DNA of 46,366 nucleotides from a virus, in IMG/VR virus record IMGVR_UViG_3300025735_000006; one strand, written 5' to 3'. Below, piece by piece: positions 23,725 through 32,423 of this stretch. The notes under the pieces were generated by a model, which ran no database searches, was not told the DNA's origin, and worked only from the letters and a program-made list of their open reading frames with translations. The translations under genes and the position numbers were made by a program. The number at the start of each line of letters is the position of its first letter. Position 1 is the first letter of the stretch.

Positions 23725-24732
23725 TTAGGGCGTATCGTCATATTGCGCCAAGCGGTTAGCAACAAACATTGGATAGTAAATGATTGCGCCAATAGTTGCT
23801 TGAGAGCGCTTCTGTAAGAAACCAGAAGTTTTAACTTCAACCGCATGTGTGCGTAATTTATCAACGAACCCAAGATCAACGGTATTTTGCCCCATGTATG
23901 AGTCTAAAACCAATTGAAGCTTTTCACCAGCAGCAGTTGAATACTCAGGCACAGCAACGATTTTAAGATTAGTGAAAATCTCTTTGATTTTGCTCAAAGC
24001 GGTAAAACCAAACTCGTTAGGAGTTAAAAGCTTGGAGCGCATTTTAGGAGATACAATCCAAGTTAAATCATCGGTTTCCTGAACAATACCATTAGACTGT
24101 TCTACCAATTGAATAAATTGAGCTTGGAACTCATTAAACAATTGAAGAGTAGTCATTGTTGCCCAGTTGCCGCCAACACTATCAGCAAGCAAGTCAGGAT
24201 CGTTTAGAGTGCCGTAGTTTTTAAGGCCTTTAACACCATATAAATACACAGCGTTTTGAGTCTTATTTAACGTTAAGCTGGTTGCTTGAATTTGACGTTC
24301 AACTAAACTAAAACGAGCAGCCGCAGCGCGTTCTTGTGCAATCTCACCAATTTTAATATTGGTTTGGTATGCATAAGGCTGACGGTATTCGTAGTTTTCG
24401 TTGTTGTTTGACATACCATTGTCATTAAAATCGCCATAACTAGACGTTTCACCATACAATTCAAATGTCGGGATGGTGATGTTGGTTGTTACGCGATCAC
24501 CAAATTGCTTCTCTTGGAACGCTTCAGCAATACGGATTGGAGCAGTAACATACTCAATCCATTTTGGAGACAACCAATTGGTAAGCATCGCAGGAATACC
24601 AGCGTTGGCAGAAGTTTGTGCCACACCACCAGTGTATTCATCCATTGCAATGATTTTAGCATCCAAAGGGAAATTGGTTCCCAATGCTTGGTTGATTGCC
24701 GCAATATCGGCGCTTGATTTGATATCGATCAT
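23725..24732 (-). CDS. Major capsid protein
   Basis: 335 aa. Synteny scaffold -> small head protein -> this ORF -> strong terminator. Confidence 0.7.
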   Translation of the reverse strand: MIDIKSSADIAAINQALGTNFPLDAKIIAMDEYTGGVAQTSANAGIPAMLTNWLSPKWIEYVTAPIRIAEAFQEKQFGDRVTTNITIPTFELYGETSSYGDFNDNGMSNNNENYEYRQPYAYQTNIKIGEIAQERAAAARFSLVERQIQATSLTLNKTQNAVYLYGVKGLKNYGTLNDPDLLADSVGGNWATMTTLQLFNEFQAQFIQLVEQSNGIVQETDDLTWIVSPKMRSKLLTPNEFGFTALSKIKEIFTNLKIVAVPEYSTAAGEKLQLVLDSYMGQNTVDLGFVDKLRTHAVEVKTSGFLQKRSQATIGAIIYYPMFVANRLAQYDDTP

Positions 24733-24743
24733 TTATTAGCTCC

Positions 24744-25238
24744 TTATTGCGCCGTGATCTTAAGAACTGTACCAACAGGGCCAGAAGATGCAACAGTAAA
24801 GTTGGTTTCTGTGTGTCCTGCAACAGTTGCTCCAGCAGCATCAGTTTTAATGGTTCCATCTGTATCAGATGCAAAAACTTTTTGACCAACAGTTGCTACT
24901 GTAGTTGCTTTTACGAAAAAGTCGCCACGGTCATAAGCACTAACAGGTAAGCCACTTGGAATGGTCATTGACCATGGACCTTGCCAGTCAGTGATGACAG
25001 CAATATTTGTATCACGCTCAAGAAAACCAATTACCCAATTAGTTGTATTGGCAGGCTTAGCATTTTGAACTGTTCCGCCAACTGTATCGCACCAAGCAAA
25101 TCGAGCAATTACAGCGCCATTAGTTCCAGCAACAAATTGTTCAACGCCAGCCAATGCAGTGTGAGACACACCGATAGAGGCAAATGTTCCAACCACACCA
25201 ATTGGCGGGTTTAGGTTTACTGTTTTTTGAAAGCTCAT
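24744..25238 (-). CDS. Head decoration / cement-like structural protein
   Basis: 164 aa, Gly/Thr/Val-rich beta-type sequence between the scaffold and capsid genes. Confidence 0.45.
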   Translation of the reverse strand: MSFQKTVNLNPPIGVVGTFASIGVSHTALAGVEQFVAGTNGAVIARFAWCDTVGGTVQNAKPANTTNWVIGFLERDTNIAVITDWQGPWSMTIPSGLPVSAYDRGDFFVKATTVATVGQKVFASDTDGTIKTDAAGATVAGHTETNFTVASSGPVGTVLKITAQ

Positions 25239-25250
25239 CTAATGCGCTCC

Positions 25251-26609
25251 TTAACGGTATTTGTTTAAAAGTGTGCTAACCGATTCACTAACTTTACCTT
25301 TAGGCGCGTTAGAAGCTGAATCCATTGCAATACCACCAGTTTTTTGAGCCTTAACCAAAGCAGCAAGGCCAGCAGTATTAATGCCTTTTGTATCTACGCC
25401 TTTTTGTTTAAGTGCATATTCATAGACAGCATGATCAGATGAGAAGCCATCTAAGGCAATTTGACCAACTAAAGGCTCAACTTCACGACCAGCCTTAAAG
25501 ATGTTCATAATGCCACCACGGATTTCGGCAGCATCCATAGCCATATCTTGAGCTTGTTCTTTATCACGCTCACGATCTTTTTCTTCGCGCTTTTCACGCG
25601 CTTTTAAGCGCATAGCTTCAGATTCATTGTCTTTGTCGGCTTGAGTTTGTTTATCTTCCTCATCCTCTACAATTTCAACATCTTCTTCATCTTCTGCCTT
25701 TTTGTCATCATCCTCATCTTCGGCATCAGACTTTTTATCATCTTCATCAAGGGCCAATGCCTTATGAACCGCCATAATGGTTTTTTTGATGTCTTCGGCA
25801 GAATCCATGCCTAATTGCTCGCGCAACTTGGCAAGGCCACCTTTCTTCATTACAATTTTTTTAGCCATTAATTGACCCTCTATACTGTCAGCGATAATCG
25901 CATCACTTCCGATTCTACCACGCTCTACGATAGCAACGTGATTACCTTCTATCTCACGCATAATACCATCATAAGGCTCACCATTAAAAGTACCCGATGT
26001 CATATCTGCAACATAGGCATACCCAGCAGATAATTCACCTAATTTCTTACTTTCAATGTAGTCAATCCCTTCCTGTGTTGTTACACGAATTAATGACCAA
26101 ACCCGACCATCTTCATCCATCTCGAATTCCGACCCGATAGCTCCAATTACAGAGTCAATTTCTGGATTATTGGCATCAATAGGAGTGTGGCGAATGAGAA
26201 GAGGAATAGCTGCAAATGTATCTAAAGCCTTGCGTAGTTCTTCTGGATCACGCAACAGGTTATATGTTTTATTTGGATCTAACCCCAATTCTTTCCAACG
26301 CGGGATAGATGAACCCTTGTAAGGATTAACAGCAGCCTTAGTGATTACTGTGCGCTTAACAACTAAATGCCCATTGTTGTCATAATGACGCATCGAATCC
26401 ATTGCATGCTCTGGCTCTTTTTTTTCTTCATCAAGCCATTCATTAAACAATTCTTCAAGCTTGTCGAAATCGGTATCGGTTGCCATGCCAGCTTCACGAT
26501 AGGCAATAGCAATCGCTTGATCCTTTGGTTTACCTGAGTCAATTAGCTCTTTAATGTTCCGATGTATTACATCTTGTGATTTACCTTTTTCTAAAGGCAT
26601 TTTGATCAC
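25251..26609 (-). CDS. Scaffolding protein, possibly with a prohead protease domain (DUF2213-like)
   Basis: 452 aa with a long acidic coil (DEDDKKSDAEDEDDDKKAEDEEDVEIVEDEEDK). Sits upstream of the capsid gene. Confidence 0.6.
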   Translation of the reverse strand: MIKMPLEKGKSQDVIHRNIKELIDSGKPKDQAIAIAYREAGMATDTDFDKLEELFNEWLDEEKKEPEHAMDSMRHYDNNGHLVVKRTVITKAAVNPYKGSSIPRWKELGLDPNKTYNLLRDPEELRKALDTFAAIPLLIRHTPIDANNPEIDSVIGAIGSEFEMDEDGRVWSLIRVTTQEGIDYIESKKLGELSAGYAYVADMTSGTFNGEPYDGIMREIEGNHVAIVERGRIGSDAIIADSIEGQLMAKKIVMKKGGLAKLREQLGMDSAEDIKKTIMAVHKALALDEDDKKSDAEDEDDDKKAEDEEDVEIVEDEEDKQTQADKDNESEAMRLKAREKREEKDRERDKEQAQDMAMDAAEIRGGIMNIFKAGREVEPLVGQIALDGFSSDHAVYEYALKQKGVDTKGINTAGLAALVKAQKTGGIAMDSASNAPKGKVSESVSTLLNKYR

Positions 26610-26650
26610 CCCATATCAGTTTTCTTGATTATAGTTTTATTTTGGGCAAT

Positions 26651-26675
26651 AAAAAAGCCCTCAATGAAGGGGCTT
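26651..26675 (-). terminator. Terminator closing the accessory cassette
   Basis: Minus strand reads AAGCCC-CTTCATTGA-GGGCTT followed by TTTTATT. Confidence 0.6.
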
Positions 26676-26679
26676 TGTT

Positions 26680-26928
26680 TTAAAGGATGTGTGCATCTGT
26701 TCTTGCCCAAGGGTCAGAATCAAAAAATACCCTATAATACGTGCAAAAGAACCAACATTTCTTTATGGTTAACTCCCCACACCACCCTTTACGCTTAACA
26801 TAAGCTTTGCATTCAAAATAATTTTTAAAAAAATTATTACCTATTTTTAAATAAGTTATTCCTGTATATTTATTGCTCATGTAATGCGTCGCACCATCTG
26901 GAGCATTGGCGCGGATTTCTTCAATCAT
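26680..26928 (-). CDS. EEIR..AP.GATHY-family small protein (82 aa)
   Basis: Trimmed to the ATG after GGAGGA. MIEEIRANAPDGATHY. Confidence 0.6.
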   Translation of the reverse strand: MIEEIRANAPDGATHYMSNKYTGITYLKIGNNFFKNYFECKAYVKRKGWCGELTIKKCWFFCTYYRVFFDSDPWARTDAHIL

Positions 26929-26929
26929 T

Positions 26930-27121
26930 TTAAATTTCCTCCAATTCTGATTGTCTTGTAAACTTATCAAGAATCCATTCTTGGAAGCAATTAACCCACG
27001 CATACAAATTCCCATCAATTATTTTGTAATACATGTATCCAGTAAAATAACCAACATAATATTTGTGTTTGTGTGTTGCATCTTCTGGAACTTTTGATCC
27101 TATTTCTTCATATTTCATCAC
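26930..27121 (-). CDS. EEI..P.DATH-family small protein (63 aa)
   Basis: YEEIGSKVPEDATHKH. Tandem paralogue of 26680..26928. Confidence 0.55.
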   Translation of the reverse strand: MMKYEEIGSKVPEDATHKHKYYVGYFTGYMYYKIIDGNLYAWVNCFQEWILDKFTRQSELEEI

Positions 27122-27190
27122 CTCATCACAATGGATGCAATATAGCTTTTAAATAGCCAGTTGTATTGATATTCGTGTTGGCATTTAATT

Positions 27191-27550
27191 TCAGTCATTG
27201 CTTTCACCCTTGAGCGCTTGCTCTAAATCCACAGTTAATATCTTGTGAATATCACTATTTGTTTCTCCAAGATAAAAATCGTCAAATTCATTTCCTATAT
27301 AATCTATTACCTCATTAATCTTTTCTTGCATAATGTCTATTCGCTTTTGCAGCTCCTCCACTTTCGCTTGCTGTGCCTTCCATCCGTCTTGGAAAGCTTC
27401 GTAACGAGCATCAATAAAATCGTTGTTGAATGTATCGAATGCCTCTTCATATCTTTCTGAAATAGGTTTACCGCCAAAGTTCGAATATTCGCGCATAAAC
27501 CAGTTAATGAACGCTTCTAGTAACTCATTATTCTTATCCATCTCAAACAT
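27191..27550 (-). CDS. Hypothetical protein (119 aa, coiled coil)
   Basis: ORF with an overlapping stop/start to its neighbours. Confidence 0.6.
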   Translation of the reverse strand: MFEMDKNNELLEAFINWFMREYSNFGGKPISERYEEAFDTFNNDFIDARYEAFQDGWKAQQAKVEELQKRIDIMQEKINEVIDYIGNEFDDFYLGETNSDIHKILTVDLEQALKGESND

Positions 27551-27824
27551 CCTTAGCTTTGCAGTTTGGCGAAATGTGTTGGCTCATGTCTCGGTCATCG
27601 CCAATGTCTTCGATTTGTTTTGTGTCAATGCGGTGGCCTGCTGCCACTTCTTCCTTCTTGGCTAAACGAATTTCATCTTTAAATACTGGACCATATTGAC
27701 CAGTTTTCAGAATCTTCACTCGGTAAAGATCATCGGTATATTTATGCTCAACAACTTGCAGCAAATAATCCTTAGTTCCTTCTTTTAAAAGAACCACAAA
27801 GTCATTTGTTTTAAACTCACTCAT
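27543..27824 (-). CDS. Hypothetical protein (93 aa)
   Basis: Trimmed to the ATG after AGGAG. MSEFKTNDFVVLLKEG. Confidence 0.55.
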   Translation of the reverse strand: MSEFKTNDFVVLLKEGTKDYLLQVVEHKYTDDLYRVKILKTGQYGPVFKDEIRLAKKEEVAAGHRIDTKQIEDIGDDRDMSQHISPNCKAKDV

Positions 27825-27999
27825 GGCTGGCTCCTTTAATCGAAAATGCATTGAAAAAGTCTTTATATGGTCGTGCATAAACATTTCCGTCACTCAGGCT
27901 TTGATAGACAACCATCTTTGGAAACTTCTCGTTGTCGCACTTATTAGCGATTGCAACTAGCGAATAGAGATTTCCAGTCTTATTGTGTTTGTAGATCAT
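27817..27999 (-). CDS. DUF1653-like protein
   Basis: MIYKHNKTGNLYSLV..MVVYQSLSDGNVYARP fits the DUF1653 pattern. Confidence 0.6.
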   Translation of the reverse strand: MIYKHNKTGNLYSLVAIANKCDNEKFPKMVVYQSLSDGNVYARPYKDFFNAFSIKGASHE

Positions 28000-28047
28000 T
28001 CCCTTCTCCGTAGATCGATTCGTAATAGAATAATTTCATATTTACAC

Positions 28048-28686
28048 CTAGTCTGTGATTTCAACCTTCCAGTTAATTAAAGCTTGATAAACATTGTCTG
28101 CAATAATACCTTTCCATCTTTCTGCCACTTCTTTAATGTGATGCTCTTTTGCCTGTTTGTATGCTTGAAAAGCATCTTCAACATTATTAAATGATCCAAT
28201 AAATTTATTGCGCTTATCAATCTTCACACAAGCTCTTATCTTCTTGTCTCGATTGTCATAAAAAACACCTATTGGATATTCACCGCGCGTTTTCTTACTA
28301 TTAATTAAAAGAGTGTTAATTTCTCTTGGAACAAAGCAGCATGTAGACAATGAATAATGTTTATTACCTTTAGTTAGGACATCTTTATCCAATTGCCAAC
28401 CAGAGTTTATGGCCTTGTCGTAATTTTCTATAGTTTGAACATCTTGCATAAAGTTACTTAATCTTAACCATCTATCACAAACAGATGTTCCAACATAGGT
28501 TGGCCTCTTGCCTAAAAAGCTTTTACTATATGCTCTACTTAGCATTCTTTGCCACATTGTGTATTGTGGCAGCTTTTCACCATCATTACATACAGGTTCT
28601 CTTAAATCGTTAATTCCTACACCATAAATCATTCCTTTTCTCGCCTTCTCAACACCGTGGTCTTTGATAAATTGGGTGGCTTTCAT
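28048..28686 (-). CDS. AP2-domain / HNH-like homing-endonuclease-related protein
   Basis: YPIGVFYDNRDKKIRACVKIDKRNKFIGSFNNVEDAFQAYKQA matches an AP2 domain. The YTMWQRMLSRA..VCDRW block is shared with 3206..4000. Confidence 0.6.
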   Translation of the reverse strand: MKATQFIKDHGVEKARKGMIYGVGINDLREPVCNDGEKLPQYTMWQRMLSRAYSKSFLGKRPTYVGTSVCDRWLRLSNFMQDVQTIENYDKAINSGWQLDKDVLTKGNKHYSLSTCCFVPREINTLLINSKKTRGEYPIGVFYDNRDKKIRACVKIDKRNKFIGSFNNVEDAFQAYKQAKEHHIKEVAERWKGIIADNVYQALINWKVEITD

Positions 28687-28967
28687 TGGCTCTCCTCCAA
28701 AATCTCTTGATATCTTTCTTCACTTAGGCGCACAGATCTTTTGGAAATTTCCACATCCCACTCGGCACGCATCAGCTCAAGTTTCTTAAAGTCAAAATCA
28801 AGCAATTCACCCTCTTCATCAGGCTCCGACATAACCATTGAACCAGTGTTGATTACTCGGCAGATAAGCATTCCAAGGCCATTAATGCCGCTAACAAACA
28901 CAGCAGAAGGCTCTTGAAACTTATTGCCCTTACGAATACATATTTTCCCAATGTAATTTCTGTTCAT
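28683..28967 (-). CDS. Hypothetical protein (94 aa)
   Basis: ORF with an ATGA-type overlap to the next gene. Confidence 0.55.
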   Translation of the reverse strand: MNRNYIGKICIRKGNKFQEPSAVFVSGINGLGMLICRVINTGSMVMSEPDEEGELLDFDFKKLELMRAEWDVEISKRSVRLSEERYQEILEESQ

Positions 28968-29000
28968 CCCTTCACCCCGTCACGTTTTTGTTTAATCATC

Positions 29001-29219
29001 TCACTCTCCAAGTTTTACAAAATAAAAAATAGACAACCCACCATACAAGGGCGTGTCATATACCTTTAAATCTTTTCTGATTTGAGATTCCACCGCTTTT
29101 TTTGTCATAGACTTGCAAGCCATTGGAGACTTTAACAACTGCTTATTATTCTGCTTAGCAATTATTGTTAAATGCTTTGGCTTTGCATGTGGATGAACTT
29201 CAACTGTTATCATGCTCAA
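29001..29219 (-). CDS. Hypothetical protein (72 aa)
   Basis: ORF within the accessory cassette. Confidence 0.5.
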   Translation of the reverse strand: MSMITVEVHPHAKPKHLTIIAKQNNKQLLKSPMACKSMTKKAVESQIRKDLKVYDTPLYGGLSIFYFVKLGE

Positions 29220-29261
29220 TTCTCCTTCAAAAGTTTTCTATATGCTGCTGTTTTGATTGGG

Positions 29262-29954
29262 TCATTTCAAGCCTCCAAAAATAAATAATGCTGCAATAGC
29301 AAATATCACTACGATAATGGAAATTGCAAAAATATCTTGCGCTGTCATGTTTGGCTCACCATCTACTCGATATTGTGGTGATTCTTTTTTACCAGCAGGG
29401 CAGCAAGCCTTTTCCAACTTACTTCTGGTTGTTATATAGCAACCATTTCTAACAACTCTTTGACCCCATATGTTTTTTATAACCTCTGTCTTAAATCCGT
29501 GTCTTAAAATATGATTGTCAATTAAATTCCAGAACAGAGAACAATCAAATCTTTGTTTAAATTTGTCTAAATTTTCATATTGCTCAATTTCCTTGCTTCT
29601 GCTTTCTATAATGTGTTTGCGATATTCTTCATTTTTCTCATCAATACCTAGAAACATCTTTCCAATATAATAGCCAGTATAGTTAATGTTTGCCTTATCT
29701 CGACTATATAGAGACCAAGAGATATCATAATGCAAATTAGAAACATCCACCCCTATTTCTTTTAATAAATAACCATAAACTTCACCTTCATAAAGACAAA
29801 CTGATGATTTAAATTCATTTTTAATTGTCCCCTCAACAACCTTATCAAGCGCCCAAGCTTTAACAATCTCAAAGCAACGGATTGTATTTTCTTTGCGCTC
29901 TTTAATTTCTTGATCTTTTAATGCCAGTGCATTATGTAATTTTTCACAGTTCAT
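29262..29954 (-). CDS. C-terminally membrane-anchored protein (230 aa)
   Basis: Trimmed to the ATG after GGGAG. C-terminal IFAISIIVVIFAIAALFIFGG helix. Confidence 0.6.
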   Translation of the reverse strand: MNCEKLHNALALKDQEIKERKENTIRCFEIVKAWALDKVVEGTIKNEFKSSVCLYEGEVYGYLLKEIGVDVSNLHYDISWSLYSRDKANINYTGYYIGKMFLGIDEKNEEYRKHIIESRSKEIEQYENLDKFKQRFDCSLFWNLIDNHILRHGFKTEVIKNIWGQRVVRNGCYITTRSKLEKACCPAGKKESPQYRVDGEPNMTAQDIFAISIIVVIFAIAALFIFGGLK

Positions 29955-29979
29955 TTCATTTACTCCCAAAAGATAATTT

Positions 29980-30008
29980 ATAGTATCACTATTAAATATA
30001 ATTCGCAA
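29980..30008 (-). promoter_or_regulatory. Promoter of the accessory cassette
   Basis: Minus strand reads TTGCGA (30003..30008)-17 nt-TACTAT (29980..29985). Overlaps TTGCTATTGCGAAT. Confidence 0.5.
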
Positions 30009-30025
30009 TAGCAAATATTGTAATT

Positions 30026-30049
30026 AAAAAGAAAGCCCAGTTAAGGGCT
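30026..30049 (-). terminator. Weak terminator after the head-morphogenesis gene
   Basis: Minus strand reads AGCCC-TTAACT-GGGCT followed by TTCTTTTT. Confidence 0.45.
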
Positions 30050-30808
30050 ATCAGGTATTTCAATAATGAGCTTAGCTCTACATCTGCAATTAATAGCAAC
30101 GGCGGGCCATGTTGCAACGCCATCAATTACCAATCCATCTTTAAGACTAAATCTTTTTCCATTAGCTTTGACGTGACTTTCTCTAGGTTGCTTCCCAGCG
30201 TGCGAATGAAGCCAGATGGCCTCAGTTATGCCTAATTCCTCAGCCCTAGCTTTTTCGAACGCTTGGTTTAACTTGGCTGTTTGATCCTTAGCAATGTTCT
30301 TTGCTCTACGATCTGTTACGCCGTCAATCTCGCGTAATTGTTTAATTAAACCTTCAACATCATAGCCGTTCTTTACACTGCGCCAAACAGCAGAACGCAC
30401 TTTATCAAGATAATCATTACCAATAGACTTAATTAGAGCAACATTTTCACCTAAAGCAATTTGCGCCTGATCTTGCACATATTCAGTATTTCTGAAATTA
30501 ACAGTAAATCCACGCCGCTTAAGAATATTAAGTAAGCGTCGATCATAATGTGTTTTAGACTTACCAACCAACTCCCTAGCCACATCTTGAGACAAGCCAT
30601 CTAGCATTCCTTGCCATTTCTTGACAATCCCATCAACAACATGGCCCATCCAATCCAAAATGCCATCCATGGCGATTTCCGAGTTATACGGTTTAACGAC
30701 ATCATTAATAATGTCTTTCCGCATCTCATCCATCATAGATTGCATTTGCTCCCTGTACCATTTGGTCAAGGATGCGTTGGGCGCGATTGACTCAAGGGTT
30801 ACTTGCAT
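30041..30808 (-). CDS. Head morphogenesis protein (Mu gpF / SPP1 gp7 family)
   Basis: WLHSHAGKQPRESHVKANGKRF..INCRCR C-terminal motif. Follows the portal gene. Confidence 0.75.
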   Translation of the reverse strand: MQVTLESIAPNASLTKWYREQMQSMMDEMRKDIINDVVKPYNSEIAMDGILDWMGHVVDGIVKKWQGMLDGLSQDVARELVGKSKTHYDRRLLNILKRRGFTVNFRNTEYVQDQAQIALGENVALIKSIGNDYLDKVRSAVWRSVKNGYDVEGLIKQLREIDGVTDRRAKNIAKDQTAKLNQAFEKARAEELGITEAIWLHSHAGKQPRESHVKANGKRFSLKDGLVIDGVATWPAVAINCRCRAKLIIEIPDSP

Positions 30809-30991
30809 TTAAACAACACAACCTAAATTAATTTCTTCCAAAGTTGCCAGTCTTTTAACCAAGCAATATGCAACAGCCTTGCCGCACTTCATAATAAATC
30901 CATTCCCAATGTGAGAATAATGATTTATCTGATAAATGGATTTGTCGTCATTATCCAAAACAACCCAATCTCCAGATTTAAATTCATTCAT
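30809..30991 (-). CDS. Small protein (60 aa)
   Basis: Trimmed to MNEFKSGDWVVL. The ATG overlaps the portal stop region. Confidence 0.45.
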   Translation of the reverse strand: MNEFKSGDWVVLDNDDKSIYQINHYSHIGNGFIMKCGKAVAYCLVKRLATLEEINLGCVV

Positions 30992-32423
30992 TTTCACTAC
31001 CTCCATAAGGATCCACTTCAGGCGCATTACCTTCTAAACTATAACCACTATCTTCGTCATTGTTAAGATGCTCACGAACTTCATCATTACTCATCACACC
31101 CTCTTGCATGTAAATTTGATCAGTCTGGGCTTTCTTCAAGTTTACGTCAGCGCGTTCATTATCATCTAATTGATATAGAGGATTGAACTTAAACTCGATT
31201 GATGGGTCAATTTCACCCCAAAGGTTAAGCTGCAAACATTTCAGGATTACAGATAACTGAGGAACTAAGAAGGCCTCTTGCTGAGCTGAAACGTTATCAT
31301 AAAACACCCTAATTTCACCATCAGAAGTATTGCCAAGCCCAGCAGTTGGTGTGCCAAAGATTTTAAGAATTGGCATCTTTGATGGATATGCTTGCATCTG
31401 AGTAAACTTATCAACCAATGTATCCAATCCCGATAAAGGGGTGTTAATTTGGAAGAATTCCTCGGTTTGTGCATCAGTCGCCAAAATACCGTTATTGTCT
31501 CGCATCACGGCTAATGTTTTAAGTCGATTAATTAACTCGTTACCCCCACCCTCCTCTCCTTGTAAGATTGCGGACATGTCTGTCTTTAACCCTGTTAAGC
31601 TAAACATAGTAATTAGTTTCGCGACTGCATCAGCAATAGATTGAAAACGTTGCACATATGGAAGCATTAACTGGGTCATCGATACGCCGTAGAAGTTATA
31701 AGCTGGCTTCAACATATCTGGAACAGGGCGCATAACTAACGTAAGCAATCGACTATGGTGTACATTCTTACCTAACACCCACCATTGTTTCGGCTTAAAG
31801 AAATCATCTGCAAGCGCATCATTTGAATTATATAGGCTAGGAGTAGACCATAGCGGCTCAACAACCGCAAAACCATCTAACGAACCTTTCTTAATGCCTT
31901 TCTCATTAATCAACAAAGGTAAGTCGGTTTTATCCTCCTGCCCCTTAATCCGAATGTAGAATTGAGAACCTCCGAATAGGTAATCAGTTTCAATATGTTT
32001 TCTAATTAGATTTCTAATCCCAAGCCGAGTCATTTCCTCTTCAAGAATCCCAATCTTTTCAGGATTATCGCCCTTGATCTTACCCCATTCGCGCGTCATC
32101 TCTTGAGCAAATGTTTCAGCAACTAGGCGATATTCGGTAGATTGCGAAAGTTGGGCTAAAGTCTGGTAACCAAGATAAGAACTATAAAATTGTGCATCCA
32201 ATCCAGCATATTGAGATGCTGTACAGAATCCATCCATTGCCATAATATCATGGTCAGCAGGAGCCACCCCAGCAGGAATTTGAGGAGCTGGATAGAAGTT
32301 AGGTGGCGTATCTATAGAATTTTTTATTGCATGATATAAAGCATTCCACTTGGGTGCCTGCTTAACCTTCACTTCTTCTTTCTTAAAAAAATTAAACATA
32401 TTACCTTCCGAATGCTTGTTCAA
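30984..32423 (-). CDS. Portal protein
   Basis: 479 aa, directly downstream of and overlapping terL. Acidic C-terminus. Confidence 0.7.
   Translation of the reverse strand: MNKHSEGNMFNFFKKEEVKVKQAPKWNALYHAIKNSIDTPPNFYPAPQIPAGVAPADHDIMAMDGFCTASQYAGLDAQFYSSYLGYQTLAQLSQSTEYRLVAETFAQEMTREWGKIKGDNPEKIGILEEEMTRLGIRNLIRKHIETDYLFGGSQFYIRIKGQEDKTDLPLLINEKGIKKGSLDGFAVVEPLWSTPSLYNSNDALADDFFKPKQWWVLGKNVHHSRLLTLVMRPVPDMLKPAYNFYGVSMTQLMLPYVQRFQSIADAVAKLITMFSLTGLKTDMSAILQGEEGGGNELINRLKTLAVMRDNNGILATDAQTEEFFQINTPLSGLDTLVDKFTQMQAYPSKMPILKIFGTPTAGLGNTSDGEIRVFYDNVSAQQEAFLVPQLSVILKCLQLNLWGEIDPSIEFKFNPLYQLDDNERADVNLKKAQTDQIYMQEGVMSNDEVREHLNNDEDSGYSLEGNAPEVDPYGGSENE

Noticed and set aside
23667-23879. A 70-aa minus-strand ORF overlaps the end of the major capsid gene.
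   Set aside because: It is out of frame within the capsid CDS and has no SD. It is most likely a chance ORF.
7218-25214. Many track ORFs lie antisense to or nested in large structural genes: 7218..7430, 9000..9248, 9376..9645, 10043..10228, 10320..10571, 11363..11554, 11778..11972, 12681..12872, 13019..13348, 14548..14757, 15803..16042, 17078..17299, 19974..20156, 21107..21373, 22021..22245, 22677..22859, 22822..23031, 23294..23485, 24473..24739, 24489..24704, 24505..24717, 24656..24889, 24747..24950, 24981..25214.
   Set aside because: Each is fully embedded in a longer ORF with recognisable structural motifs or synteny. None has an SD or coupling context. Their products are low-complexity or Cys/Ser/Leu-rich, as expected from out-of-frame reading of AT-rich DNA.
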